This document shows, piece after piece, positions 52,701 through 64,000 of a stretch of 64,000 nt of DNA. The notes under the pieces were generated by a model. That model saw nothing but the letters and a program-made list of their open reading frames with translations, searched no databases and was not told the DNA's origin. A program made the position numbers and the translations under genes. Origin of the DNA: Azolla caroliniana (Eukaryota > Plantae > Polypodiophyta); contig JBHGNT010000016.1 of assembly GCA_043228905.1 (NCBI GenBank), positions 1,612,001 to 1,676,000 of the forward strand, in the 5' to 3' direction. Positions within the stretch are counted from its first letter, which is position 1. Every line of letters starts with the position of its first letter.

Positions 52701-55323
52701 AAAAGGCGCTGGATGCACAGGTATGTAAAGCTATTGATATGTCATCACTTGTGCATACACCTTATATAAGCTATGTGAGAAAAGAAAGTATGAAGTTGTG
52801 CATTACATTTCCGAGAAATAATTTGTTGATAATGCAGAAATGTACGAAACCATTGAACAAAATATGCTACTAAGTATGGGTAAAGACTAACAACATGTTT
52901 AACATTTTTTAATCTTAGAAGGGCAAAAAATATGTTTAGTAGCAGTTCCGAACCTCAAAAGCCTGGTTCTAGATAACTGATGTGATTTAGGCTAGCCATC
53001 TGGAATTGATGAGTATTTGTTTTTTTTAATAATCACAGCCTAGGGAATTTAGGCAATTTCCTATTAAGGTTTCTTTGTAAATGTTTTGAAGATCTTACAC
53101 AAACTTAGTATGTTTTACGGATCTCTATTTCTGTTTGTTTTAAGTAAAGCCATGTGAGCTTTTGAACCTTCAATGGTCTGGAAGAACTGGAACTAATCAT
53201 ACTGATAATATGTACTAGGTTATGAAGGCAGACAACAGTGCTCTTGCAAATGATGTCAGGAAGGAGATGAAGGTGATGGCTTGTGAATGAGCTTTTTTCC
53301 AAATCAGATGCATTCCTTATTTTATGACTATGATATAGAAATATTCATTTCAAGGGGTTGTGGTGTAAAATGCTACTTTACTACAAACCCTTATTTTTCA
53401 AGTTAATCCTTGCAGGCGCTTAATGTTACACTTTTGAAGGCAAAAGATAAGAGAAGTAGAGGTGATATACGCCGAGAGCTGCGTAAGCTAGCAAAGGAAG
53501 AGCGACAAAGACAACAACAAGCTGTTTCAGATGTCATTAAGGACGCCAATGTTATTTTATCAACATTGACCGGTTCACTGTCTCATCAACTTAAAGATGT
53601 GTCCTTCGATGTTGTGATAATTGATGAAGCTGCACAAGCTTTGGAGATTGCTTGTTGGATGGCAATGTTGAAGGTCATATAATGTAATTTGAGCTTTTCT
53701 GTAAGATAGTTTGAAAACCAGCATGGGAAAATAACTCTTATTTTTTTATTGCAGGGACCTAAATGCATTTTAGCTGGTGATCACCTTCAACTTGCACCGA
53801 CTATTCAAAGTATTGATGCAGACAAAAAGGGCTTGGGTAAAACACTATTTGCACGACTGTCTGAACTGCATGGAGATGCAGTTACCTCAATGCTGACGAC
53901 TCAGTATCGAATGAATAGCCTCATCATGGATTGGTCTTCCCGTGAGATGTACGATAGCAAGGTATTCTGGAAAAATATGCACATTGACTTTCTCAGCTTT
54001 TAAATTTGTGAAACACATCCAATGTGTTGTATGTGTAGATTAAACTCTTATTTTTTGTGCACATAGCTTGAAGCCCATGAAAGTGTTGCAGATCATTGTC
54101 TCTTAGATATGGAAGGTGTCAAGCAATCAATACCTACAGAGGCTGTCCTGGTTATGATCGATACTGCTGGGTAATTTCTTGCCCTTTTTGAACCTAATAG
54201 AAATATGGTGGGATTATGACTGAGGATTATTTAATCAAACATCCTTATTTCTGAAGTTCATTTGCTTCTACTTTTTCAGATGTGATATGGAAGAGAAAAA
54301 GGACGATGAAGATAGCACTATGAATGAAGGAGAAGCAAAGGTTTCATTAGCACATGCAAAGAGGCTCGTAGAAAATGGGGTTAGACCGCAAGACATCGGA
54401 ATCATTACTCCATATTCTGCCCAGGTAGATTCACTCTTTACCCAACTTTTAACATCAGTCTGAATGAGAACTGGAATGCTGACATGTTAGCCAGATAGAT
54501 CCGATAGTATAAGATCAAGGTAAAATTCCCTCATTAGTTTCTAACTAATTGATTATCTGTATAATTCAGGTTGCTCTGTTGAAAATCATGAGGGGTGAAG
54601 AAAGGAATCTGAATGACATTGAGATAAGTACTGTAGATGGATTTCAAGGTAGAGAAAAAGAAGCCATTATTATCTCAATGGTGAGATGCAATAGTAAGCA
54701 AGAGGTATGAAGCCGATTAACATTATGCTATTATAACTTTTTCAATGTGCTATAGGTTTACTGCTTGTATGTGCACATGTCCTGATGTGCCGATTTTGAG
54801 CAAAATATTATTACCGTCTATTTCTCCTTCTGAAAGTTGGAAATAGAATGGTATGAGAAGCCCATTATCCTTGATGCCCTTCCACCTCTTGCCTATCAAA
54901 GTGAGGTTCTTTCACTTGGTAGGATAACTTGTCTAGAGAAGGATTTCCTGCTTAGATGTTCTCAGAAGTTCTTCCCTACTAACTTAGCCAGCTATAGACT
55001 TTTGTCTGTAAAATTATTTATTATGGGGAGCATTTTCTTGTTGGATTACACGTTTATACATATAGGATGTTGCCAGGGTTGGGTGACATTATAATCAACA
55101 TAGTACCATTGTTTAGTCTTGCATTCTCATTGTTTTTTCCTCATGGCAGGTTGGATTTTTATGTGATGAGAGGCGAATGAATGTAGCTGTGACACGAGCT
55201 CGACGGCATTGTTGTCTTGTGTGCGATACAGAAACTGTTAGTAGTAATCAGTTTCTTAAACGTCTTGTAAAGTATTTTGAAGAACATGGAGAATACTTGA
55301 GTGCATCAGAGTATGTTCCATGA
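49371..55323 (+). CDS. IGHMBP2 / SMUBP-2-type superfamily 1 (Upf1-like) DNA/RNA helicase, 15 exons
   Basis: Exons 49371-49499, 51255-51359, 51441-51509, 51602-51691, 51785-51868, 51950-52114, 52197-52384, 52648-52720, 53219-53272, 53416-53673, 53755-53961, 54067-54170, 54280-54424, 54570-54704, 55150-55323 (659 aa). Motifs [63 protein letters not shown]. Confidence 0.95.
52494..52550 (+). repeat. Dispersed ~55-bp repeat, copy E (helicase intron 7)
   Basis: tgtctcataggccaatttcgcctctatagagaaacatcaatatactttttctttcc. Confidence 0.5.
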
Positions 55324-56875
55324 TCAATATTATGCATGCAAAATATTCTTCATGATACTCTTTTTACCATTCATTAGTGTTTGTCATACCTCGGATTGGG
55401 GGAAGAAATATTAAAACCATTGGTTTAGGAAGAAAGTGCTCATAGTCATTGTTATGTCATGATTCCAAAGAATAAAGAAATGAAATTGCTTTTTCTATAA
55501 TGAACATAACATTAGAACCATTTTTTAGCATAACCTTTTACTAGCACACTCGTATTATGTAGTGATTTCACATTGTGCATTGATAGACATGTTTGTTAGC
55601 TTTGCAATGTCTGCTTGTAATTCTATTTATTGATGAGATAAACAGTCATGTCGGCCTAAGAAGTTACTTACGCATTATTAACGTATATTTCTTATTCTGC
55701 ACGTATTGGTTATGTTTGGTTATAACCAAAAAAGAAGTCACGTTGTGAATATGGACATTAACTTGATGAGGGGGATTAGGAATGTCAAGCCTCATGTCAT
55801 GAATTGATAAGGAAAAAGAATAAAGTAAAGTTCATTCTCATACCATGGAGAGGTGATGAGAAGCAAATTTTGGGAACTTTCTTGTCAAGGTTTAAGGAAT
55901 GTATTGGGTAAAGCCCATGTCATGCAACTTTGAAATGGACCAATGATCTATTATTCATTAAATGTTTCACAGCAAAAGCTGTAAGTAATGAATGAATATT
56001 GTCTCCTCTTGTGTACATCAATGGTTTGTTTCAAAAAAAGTATCTATGCATGTCATGTCTATGTATGTGCATTATGTCATTTCTTTCTTTTTCGATAATA
56101 TGATTTGACTTGGTGCCAAACATCAACAATATCATTATGAGGTCACCATGAGCATTGAGCAATACCTTTATGTTGTAAAATTGAATCCTTCATTTCATAT
56201 TTTTTCTATGATGTAGTTTTCTTCATCTCTTCAACATTGTTCTCAACTTTTGCACAACAGAAGAGAAGTAGGCTCTCCTTGTGAGCATGATTATAATTAG
56301 TAGACTAACTAGTCTCACTTGCAACCTAAGACTAGCAACTTTTGTTGCATTTTTAAGAACAATCTCTCGAATTTCCCTAGGTAGCCTTTGGTTAAGATCA
56401 ACTTGAAGAGACTCTTGATGGAAATTAGAGAGGGATGCTAGAATTGATCTTGTATGAATGTTTGGATAGAGTTTAAAGAAATGATGTTGAATGGACACTT
56501 GACGCAACATATACAAAGACTTGTATTTCCCTTGATGTGATTCTCCTTTGAGTTGGGACACAAGGGAAACTAATACAAGCATACTTTGAGCATGAGGTCA
56601 AACACAACATAGATCAAACGAGTGTAAAGGGCAAATGTATATAACAAACCACCTAGAACACACGATGAACGCAATGCAAGGGTTTGAATGGTAATCAATG
56701 TGATTCATGTAGAGTTGTTCAGCACTTGCAACATCAACAATGTGAACAAGATCAAATTTAAACATCTCATGATTCGTCACGAAAAGATCATCATCACAAT
56801 TAGAAGGTTTTGAGAGCGAATGCATGTGAGGCATTTGTTAGTGTTTACAGCGAGACAAAAGTGTTTGTGCTGTAA

Positions 56876-57003
56876 TGTAATGTGAAAGCTCTGATGGCAA
56901 TAGTTGAGTTCTTGGGCCGAGTGTAATGTGAAAGCTCTGATGGCAATAGTTGAGTTCTTGGGCCGAGTGTAATGTGAAAGCTCTGATGAGAATAGTCGAG
57001 TTC
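56876..57003. repeat. 46-bp tandem repeat x~2.8 upstream of FabZ
   Basis: Unit tgtaatgtgaaagctctgatggcaatagttgagttcttgggccgag at 56876, 56922 and 56968 (third copy diverged). Confidence 0.95.
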
Positions 57004-57250
57004 GAGGCACAAGAGTGTGTGTTTCGTCGACCGGGGTCCAGCTTAAAAAAGAGAAGTCTCCAACTTATCTTCACCTTCAAGAACATCATATCATGCAATG
57101 CATATCCACTTTTGGAGGAGAAAGTGGATGGGGCTACTTCTGTAATATTACATAAATGGAGACCCATTTTCAATACTCTTCACCTATACTTAGATCAGTC
57201 GAGAGCGACAGAGAACAAATTAGCACACTGACAGAGACAGAGACAGAGCT

Positions 57251-59290
57251 ATGGCGGCCTCTACAGTTTCTTGTTCTTCCAGCATCTCCATAGACAGCCA
57301 TCTTTCTTCTCAATGGAATCAAAAAAGGATTAGTAGGAATAATCAGCAACAGACCTTTGCTGGAAGATGTCAACATGTTTTCTTCCGCGGACATCATCAG
57401 ATCCGTCCTCATCATCTTCATGTTCATAGTAATAAGAAGAAGATGGAACACCTAGTCCATGCTTCTGTAGAAGTCCCTGCTGCTGAAACTACCACTGCCT
57501 CCGCCATTGAGATCACCGAGATCCCAATTGAAAAGCGTACGGCTTTTTTTCTCTTTCTTTTTGATTTTTTAATTTGTTATTATTATCTATTTCTGCTCTA
57601 TTACGAACTAGATACTTAAATCCTCAAGTTTGTGTTTTTGGGTTTAAGGTGTACTTCATAATAAAAAAGAATATGCATGAAAAATATAACAAAAAACCAC
57701 GAATGATGGTGCTTTTTTATTATTGAAATTATGCATTTTTCATTTAACATCCAGAAGTTGTTGTTTTGTTTTGGAAATTCTGTAGATCTTCTTCTTTATC
57801 ATTCTTGTGTAGTACCATGCATTCAATCATTTTGATTGTGTGAGTTCCATGACAAGGTTTTTTAGATCTTTTGTATTTATTAGACGGTATATCTTCTAGT
57901 TCATATTGTGTGTTATATTTTTTTTTAGCTCTGTTAGGGTTTGTTGTCCATATTGAAGATCCAATACTTGCATTATTTTGCTCTGTTAAGGTTTTATAGG
58001 ACATGTGGTTCATCGTGTACATATATTGTTTGTTGAATTCTTCTTGTGTTTAGCGGTTTTAGTGTTTCCTTGACTGTAGTGCTTGTTGGACCCCTAAAAA
58101 TGTTTTTTATGTTTTACAGGTTTTCCAGCTTTCCCTACAGTGCTTGATATCAATCAGATCCGTGATATTCTTCCACATAGGTATCCTTCCACTTACTTTT
58201 GATAAGCCCAGTTATTTCAATAGAATTCAAATCATATTGAAACCAGTTATATTGCGTGCAGATTCCCCTTTCTGCTAGTGGATCGAGTAATAGAAATTAA
58301 CCCTGGTGTATCTGCTGTTGGAATAAAAAATGTGACAATTAATGATAATTTCTTCCCTGGACACTTTCCAGAGAGACCAATCATGCCAGGTGTTCTAATG
58401 GTTGAGGTAAGTTCCAAAGAGATGATTTAGTCATTCTAGTCTTTCCATTGATAACATAATAGCTAGAGTAAGTCATGTATTATTAAGCTGAATGATACAT
58501 TTATTCTGATGCAATCTAGGATGCATGTGTTACATGAAGTGCTGAATGTGTTTGTCGCATGTTCTTATTTGGTGATGCACATGGATGCAAGAAGGTATGG
58601 CCACTGCTAAACAAGTAGGCTGAATGAATGAGTATGCATGCACTACAGAAGATGCCAAATGTGAATGAGTAGTGTTCTTATGCAATGTGGGATGCATGTG
58701 TTACATGAAGTGCTGAATGTGTTTATCGCATGTTCTTATTTGGTGATGCACATGGATGCAAGAAGGTATGGCCACTGCTAAACAAGTGGGCTAAATGAAT
58801 GAGTATGCATGCACTACATAAGATGCCAAATGTGAATGAGTACTGTTCTTATGCAATGTGGGATGCATGCGGCACATAAAATTCCTAATGGACAATGCAA
58901 TTCTAACTAATTGGTCATGTATCCAGATGGATTATGTGTACTGTGCAATTTTAGCAATTGTTTCATATTTCACCATTCAATGTAAAACTGTGTCCAAATT
59001 TGAATGAAGTTTGCAATAAGATAATGTAGGCAATGGCGCAAGTTGGAGGTATTGTGATGTTGCAGCCAGAAGTGGGTGGTTCAAAAGACAACTTCTTTTT
59101 TGCTGGAGTTGATAAAGTGCGATTCAGGAAGCCAGTGATTGCTGGAGATACATTGGTGATGCGGATGAATCTCGTGAAGTTGCAGAGGCGATTTGGAATA
59201 GCTAAAATGGAAGGCAAAGCCTATGTAGGTGGTGAGGTTGTATGTGAGGGTGAGTTCTTAATGGCCATGGGAACTGATAATAAGTCATAG
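57251..59290 (+). CDS. fabZ: Plastid 3-hydroxyacyl-[ACP] dehydratase (FabZ), 4 exons
   Basis: Exons 57251-57536, 58120-58180, 58262-58406, 59030-59290 (250 aa). Ser-rich transit peptide, [48 protein letters not shown]. Confidence 0.95.
58509..58869. repeat. 171-bp tandem duplication (~2.1 copies) in FabZ intron 3
   Basis: Units start at 58509, 58680 and 58851 (atgcaat.t.ggatgcatg); copies nearly identical. Confidence 0.95.
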
Positions 59291-61001
59291 GCATGCTCTC
59301 AACTCACTCTCGATTCTCTTATATTATTGTGCAAGATCACCCAAAAAATGGGCCATGCGTCATGTATTTGGAGAATAATAGCTCAAAAATAGTTCTGGAA
59401 GTTTGGGTACAAATCTTGTCAAACTTAGCTTAGGACTAGTATCATTTTTTTGTAGAACAAACTTATTCGATGTTCTAATCACGAATGGAACTGTTGCAAC
59501 TTACAAAGAAATTAAAATCAAGCGTGTGAGCTCAGTATTCTTATTTGCACGAATTGTTAGACAAACATTCCATTTAGCACATGTTGATTAGAAATAAAGA
59601 AGTTTTTATATGGAAAAGATTGTGGATTTTGTTGTATGAAATCCTCTCGAAGAACGTTTGACTGTAAAGTTGTTATGTGATGCTCCTTTCCTCTTATCAA
59701 CCTTGCTGTAAAAGAAAAACCTTTATATTAAATTTAGTCCATTTGAGATTGCATGTACATTAAATGTTGCCGTTGATGTACATTTAAGTAGGAAAATGCA
59801 CACATCCATGTTTCATCCAAAAAAGACGAAAACAATTTAAATAATGGGTAGCGTTTGCATTAATTTGTCATTCATTTCGAGTGGAACTTTCTAATTTCTT
59901 CACGCATCCTGTATTTAAGTAAAATTAAACAAACCAGTACAAGCATCAGCTTGAATGTATGGACCCTTGTCTACGATCTCCAGAAAAGGGTCTCTTTTAT
60001 TGTCCCCAGTAACAGTTAAAAGCCAAAGAATTGTTCATCCGCTTGAAATATCACAAAGGTAAGTGTTTAAGTTTCATAACAACCTTAGCATTTTGAGTTT
60101 TGAAATGCCACATAAAGAAAAGTAGGTGTGGTATGTTTCAATAGTTACTTTAATGCTTTGTATGCTTGACAATTGTGTACATTCTCTTTCGGATATGCAT
60201 AAGTAACACTTTCATGTTAATAATCAGGTCATAGGAAGTAGTTAAAATTTTGGTTTCATTGTGCAATTACCTTTTTGAGTAGCGAGTGAGAAAATGTTAG
60301 CCATGTGCTCGGGTTATAGTTACCAATAGCAACATGACCAAATTAAAGAGAGTTATTGGGAACACAATAAAATTTTAGTTGGATCTCATAATCGATCCAC
60401 CATCTTCACACACTGATTCTTGAAAATCCTAACATTCTGTATGAAATATCATCGAATGGTTCTGTCAAATACTCATATGCCTCTGTTAATATATGATGTC
60501 AATTCTCTAGTCTTTCCAGCAAAAAATGGTTTTTAGTGCCACTGCATATGATATTTAAGGAAAAGTAAATGCTTTTTCAGTGCCACGATGGCATATGATA
60601 TCTACTGCATAATTTCCACAGAATTGGCATTACCTAGAAGTTACGTAGCATGACTCCATGGTAAGAGTTGGAATAATTTATGAACCCAAGGATTTTAAAT
60701 GCATCCTCGACTTTCATGCATGAAGTTAATTTCCTAAGCTTTAGAAAGGTATCATGTGAAGTTCTTTTCTCAGATATGAACAAACAAACAAGATAATTGA
60801 ATTTAGCATGACAATGCACTTTTATAAGCTCTTTCTCCAGGAACATATCCATCATTGGAAAGATTCTCCCAACACCTGGAAGCTTATATGCCTTAATTGA
60901 ACTTAGTAAGTAGACTTTGCTTCTAATATGCACATCATTACATGTATATAGCTGTACAAATGGGCAAACAAAATAGCCCTTTTTAAGTTCCATCACAGTG
61001 A

Positions 61002-62402
61002 TTACATATATAGTTGTACAATGGGCAATGTGAAGTTGGTTTCCGAGAGAAACGGTATGATCAATGACTGATTGTGGACTAAATCATGGTAAAATTGATA
61101 CTCAGCTACATAGTCATGAAGATGTAGTTCAGCTTGTTGGTTTGTATGGTAATGATGCTTAAATCCAGGAGCTTTCCCGAATCCAAAAACGCTCACTTTC
61201 TCGCATATACCAAGGGCTAACATGATGGCTTGGAAACCTGAAGAATAATGGAACATAGGGCCATCATGGGCTTGTGCCCATTCCTGGATACTATATCTGC
61301 TTGTTTCGATGAAGTTCCGAATCGAATAATACTTCACTATGCGAGAAGACAAGGTGTCGAACCTAGGGTCAGTGACGATGACGATTGTGTCACCCATCAT
61401 CATTGATGAACAATATGCAACATCCATCAAATGAATGAGTTGGCAAACATAAAGCACAATGGCCACGTGTGGCCCATACGGTCGGCATGAGCACCGATAG
61501 CGACGAGAACAACTTTGAAGGATGTTGCTATTGATAAAAGCAATAGTGGTTTTTGATCCGACTTGAGCCTCGAAACCAGCAGTAACCGCATTATTGAGCC
61601 GGAATACTGCGTCGTGGCTATCAATAAAACCACCATAGCTTGTTTGATTATTGAGCAAAATGCCACTATTCCCAACTACTGCACAAGTGCTGTATCGTCG
61701 ACCAAGGTTCACATTTGTATACCCCTTTTGAATGTAATTTCTATCTATAGGGTCTTTTACGGACCATAACAGGGAGTTCATAACATGAGGCTCATAATGT
61801 TTTCTCTTCACCCAATCCCAGACCAACGTCCGAAACTCTGGCCAAAAGTCCCGGTATTTCAGATCAAATGGTATCTGAGGAGTTAAATTTGCCTTATCTT
61901 TCTTCCTTGTTGAGGATTTTAGGTCTCTATACCATGCACTAACAGAAGACCCATCATTTACAGATGATGGTGAATCTTTTGTTCTCATTTGTGCTTCAAA
62001 CCTTGGATTGTATGCAAGCAAACCAAGGCTTGTCTGGCTATGGTGTTCTTGCTTTGGAACTTTGACGAAGAAACAGTGGAGGTGCGATAACATACCCACC
62101 ATGGCAAGAAGAAGCAAAAGGGAGAGAAGTAGACATGAAAAAGAAACCTTAGCTTTTCTTGCACAGAAAAAGAAGGGAAAGAATAAAGGAACATATTGCT
62201 TCTTCATAATCTTCTTCTTGTTCTTCCACAGAGCGTCACATTCCATCATTTTGATGCAGATGGGGGATAGATTCAATGGAAACAGAGGATCCCCTGTTTT
62301 TTTTATCCTCTGTTTTTTGCTGTCTTTTGAGGAGTTTTTGGAAAGAAGCAAAGGAAGGGGTTGGGTTTGGTTTGGTTGGTTCTTTACATGTTTTAATGCC
62401 AT
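61002..62402 (-). CDS. Glycosyltransferase family 29 (sialyltransferase-like; GALT29A-type beta-1,6-galactosyltransferase), single exon
   Basis: Type II membrane anchor ([17 protein letters not shown]), sialylmotif L ([11 protein letters not shown]...[13 protein letters not shown]), S ([22 protein letters not shown]), III (HHYH) and VS (HDYVAE). True start may be the ATG at 62249, 62246 or 62207. Confidence 0.92.
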   Translation of the reverse strand: MALKHVKNQPNQTQPLPLLLSKNSSKDSKKQRIKKTGDPLFPLNLSPICIKMMECDALWKNKKKIMKKQYVPLFFPFFFCARKAKVSFSCLLLSLLLLLAMVGMLSHLHCFFVKVPKQEHHSQTSLGLLAYNPRFEAQMRTKDSPSSVNDGSSVSAWYRDLKSSTRKKDKANLTPQIPFDLKYRDFWPEFRTLVWDWVKRKHYEPHVMNSLLWSVKDPIDRNYIQKGYTNVNLGRRYSTCAVVGNSGILLNNQTSYGGFIDSHDAVFRLNNAVTAGFEAQVGSKTTIAFINSNILQSCSRRYRCSCRPYGPHVAIVLYVCQLIHLMDVAYCSSMMMGDTIVIVTDPRFDTLSSRIVKYYSIRNFIETSRYSIQEWAQAHDGPMFHYSSGFQAIMLALGICEKVSVFGFGKAPGFKHHYHTNQQAELHLHDYVAEYQFYHDLVHNQSLIIPFLSETNFTLPIVQLYM

Positions 62403-64000
62403 GACTTGGGCATGTGTTATACATACATATAACTAGTAACTAGTAACCAGTAACCAACAACAACTTGAGTGTCCCTTAGGGCTGGCGGGCCATGACACAT
62501 GCAATCACTTGTTCGGTAATTACAACTTTCGGAACCAGTTTCGACTTCTAGACTCTTTTGAACCAATGCCAGTCTTTTGACATTGCCGAGGCCTTCTTAG
62601 CCTCTTCTCGTTTTTTCTTGCCCCCGTCATACCATCTCCAGATATTATGGCAAGAGTTGTTACTCTATCTATAGGTACCATGGCAAGGCTTGTAACTCCA
62701 TCTCGATATCCTCCTCGCACGTTGTGTTTGTGGATATCTATGTGCAGACTCGTTCATAATTGATCAATGTATTTTTAGGGATGGTCGGAAAGATAGGAAT
62801 CATAATCACGGATCCATATAGTATAGATTGGGTAGCTTCGAAGATGACTTTGACAAACTCTTATCACTTGTAGTTTGGGGAAGAAGTGGTGAAACTAACT
62901 CTCTCTAGTATCATTGGTATTAATGGCCATGCTTATTATGCTTGTGTATCACTTATCTCTCTATACCTAGGACATTGTATATCCATGAAGCATACCTAGG
63001 ATGGCTTTAATATTGCCTCCTACCCAAGGCTATGTGTGTGTGCTCGTAGTATACCTCAATTGAAACCTCATTTTCTTATTCTACTACTATGATCTCATTT
63101 ATTCTTGTATATCCACTCATTCTTTCTTACCACGAGTAGAGATCGAAACATCATAACTTATTTTGTTAATAATAACATTGTCGAATAATGGTTATAACCT
63201 AACATAATGGTCACAACAATGCACCTTTTTGCATGTGCATCCACCTTCTCATAGGCATCTAGTTTATCCCACATGTTTATACTTGTGTGCAAAACTCAAT
63301 TTATAGTTTATTACAATAAAGTAAATGAAAATAATCAATGGTTCCATACAAACAAGGGAGTGTTTATCGATCGTTATAATGCCTTTCTTAATACTAGTCC
63401 GAACAAATCAGCATGTTTTTCTTGAATCTCCATCTAAGGAATAAATGTATAATAGTTGTGAATATCAATGAACCTCTCTTCTCTCTATAAGATGGCATTT
63501 ATTTTTGTAATGGATATATATGTATAGGCCTAACTACCCAAAATAGTAATAATACACTTTTATCCATGAATCATATGAAATGTGTAAGGCCATCTTCCTC
63601 TTACCTAATGGACATGTGTTTTCCTGGATTTTTTATGCTCAAACTAGTGATAGGTAAAAAAGACTTTGGGTTCCCGAGCCTAACAAGTTACTTGATATGA
63701 ACTTTAGTTAAGCAATTGTAAGCTTGACTTGTTATGGGTGTTACATATGGTCGCTCCATTCATTTTTTTATTCCAAACTTTGGAATGTTACTAATTGGCA
63801 TGCACTATCACTCATGAAACACACTATATTATTTTACATTCCATTGGGAAAGGAAATTTATAAATATCAATAATGTACAAATTTGCAAGGTGCAGGGTTG
63901 TAATCAGCCCATTATAAAATAATCAGAGGCATGCAAGCAAAGCATGAAAATATATTCAATTGGTTGTATAGAAATTACTAGTAAGATGAGAAACTCAAAT

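Noticed and set aside
56223-56600. 119-aa minus-strand ORF or possible LINE C-terminal remnant
   Set aside because: Only a faint resemblance to a retroelement zinc-knuckle tail; not supportable without a search.
58181-58261. U12-type intron in FabZ (donor GTATCCTTCC resembles GTATCCTTT)
   Set aside because: No TCCTTAAC-like branch point near the acceptor, and the exon ends in AG as in U2 introns. An intronIC score would settle it.
60634-60996. 120-aa ORF starting 5 nt after the GT29 stop
   Set aside because: No recognisable domain, AT-rich, most likely 3' UTR.
130-62402. Seven genes as a functional cluster or novel pathway
   Set aside because: Functions are unrelated (microtubules, transcription, folate, helicase, fatty acid synthesis, glycosylation) and typical of an ordinary plant gene neighbourhood. 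No sign of horizontal transfer.

Overview
AT-rich, intron-containing land-plant nuclear DNA. A fern or other seed-free plant is my inference from the style of the PPR remnant and is not proven. I reconstructed seven apparently intact genes by hand: a QWRF/AUGMIN8-family protein (+), a group IIe WRKY factor (+), gamma-glutamyl hydrolase (+, one GC-AG intron), a long single-exon OVATE family protein (-), an IGHMBP2/SMUBP-2-type SF1 helicase (+, 15 exons), plastid FabZ (+) and a GT29 sialyltransferase-like galactosyltransferase (-). Intergenic DNA holds decayed L1-type LINE pieces, tRNA-derived SINE-like units, a dispersed ~55-bp retroelement-like end, tandem repeats and long microsatellites. The most notable structure is a nested insertion just upstream of the helicase. 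A hAT-like MITE (perfect 8-bp TSD) contains a PPR fragment fused to a LINE 3' end, and that insert has its own perfect 14-bp TSD, which suggests a chimeric retrocopy. An orphan ARL8 GTPase exon remnant is also present. I found no CRISPR, rRNA or intact tRNA, and no evidence of a new multi-gene system. All alignments were done by eye and no databases were searched.
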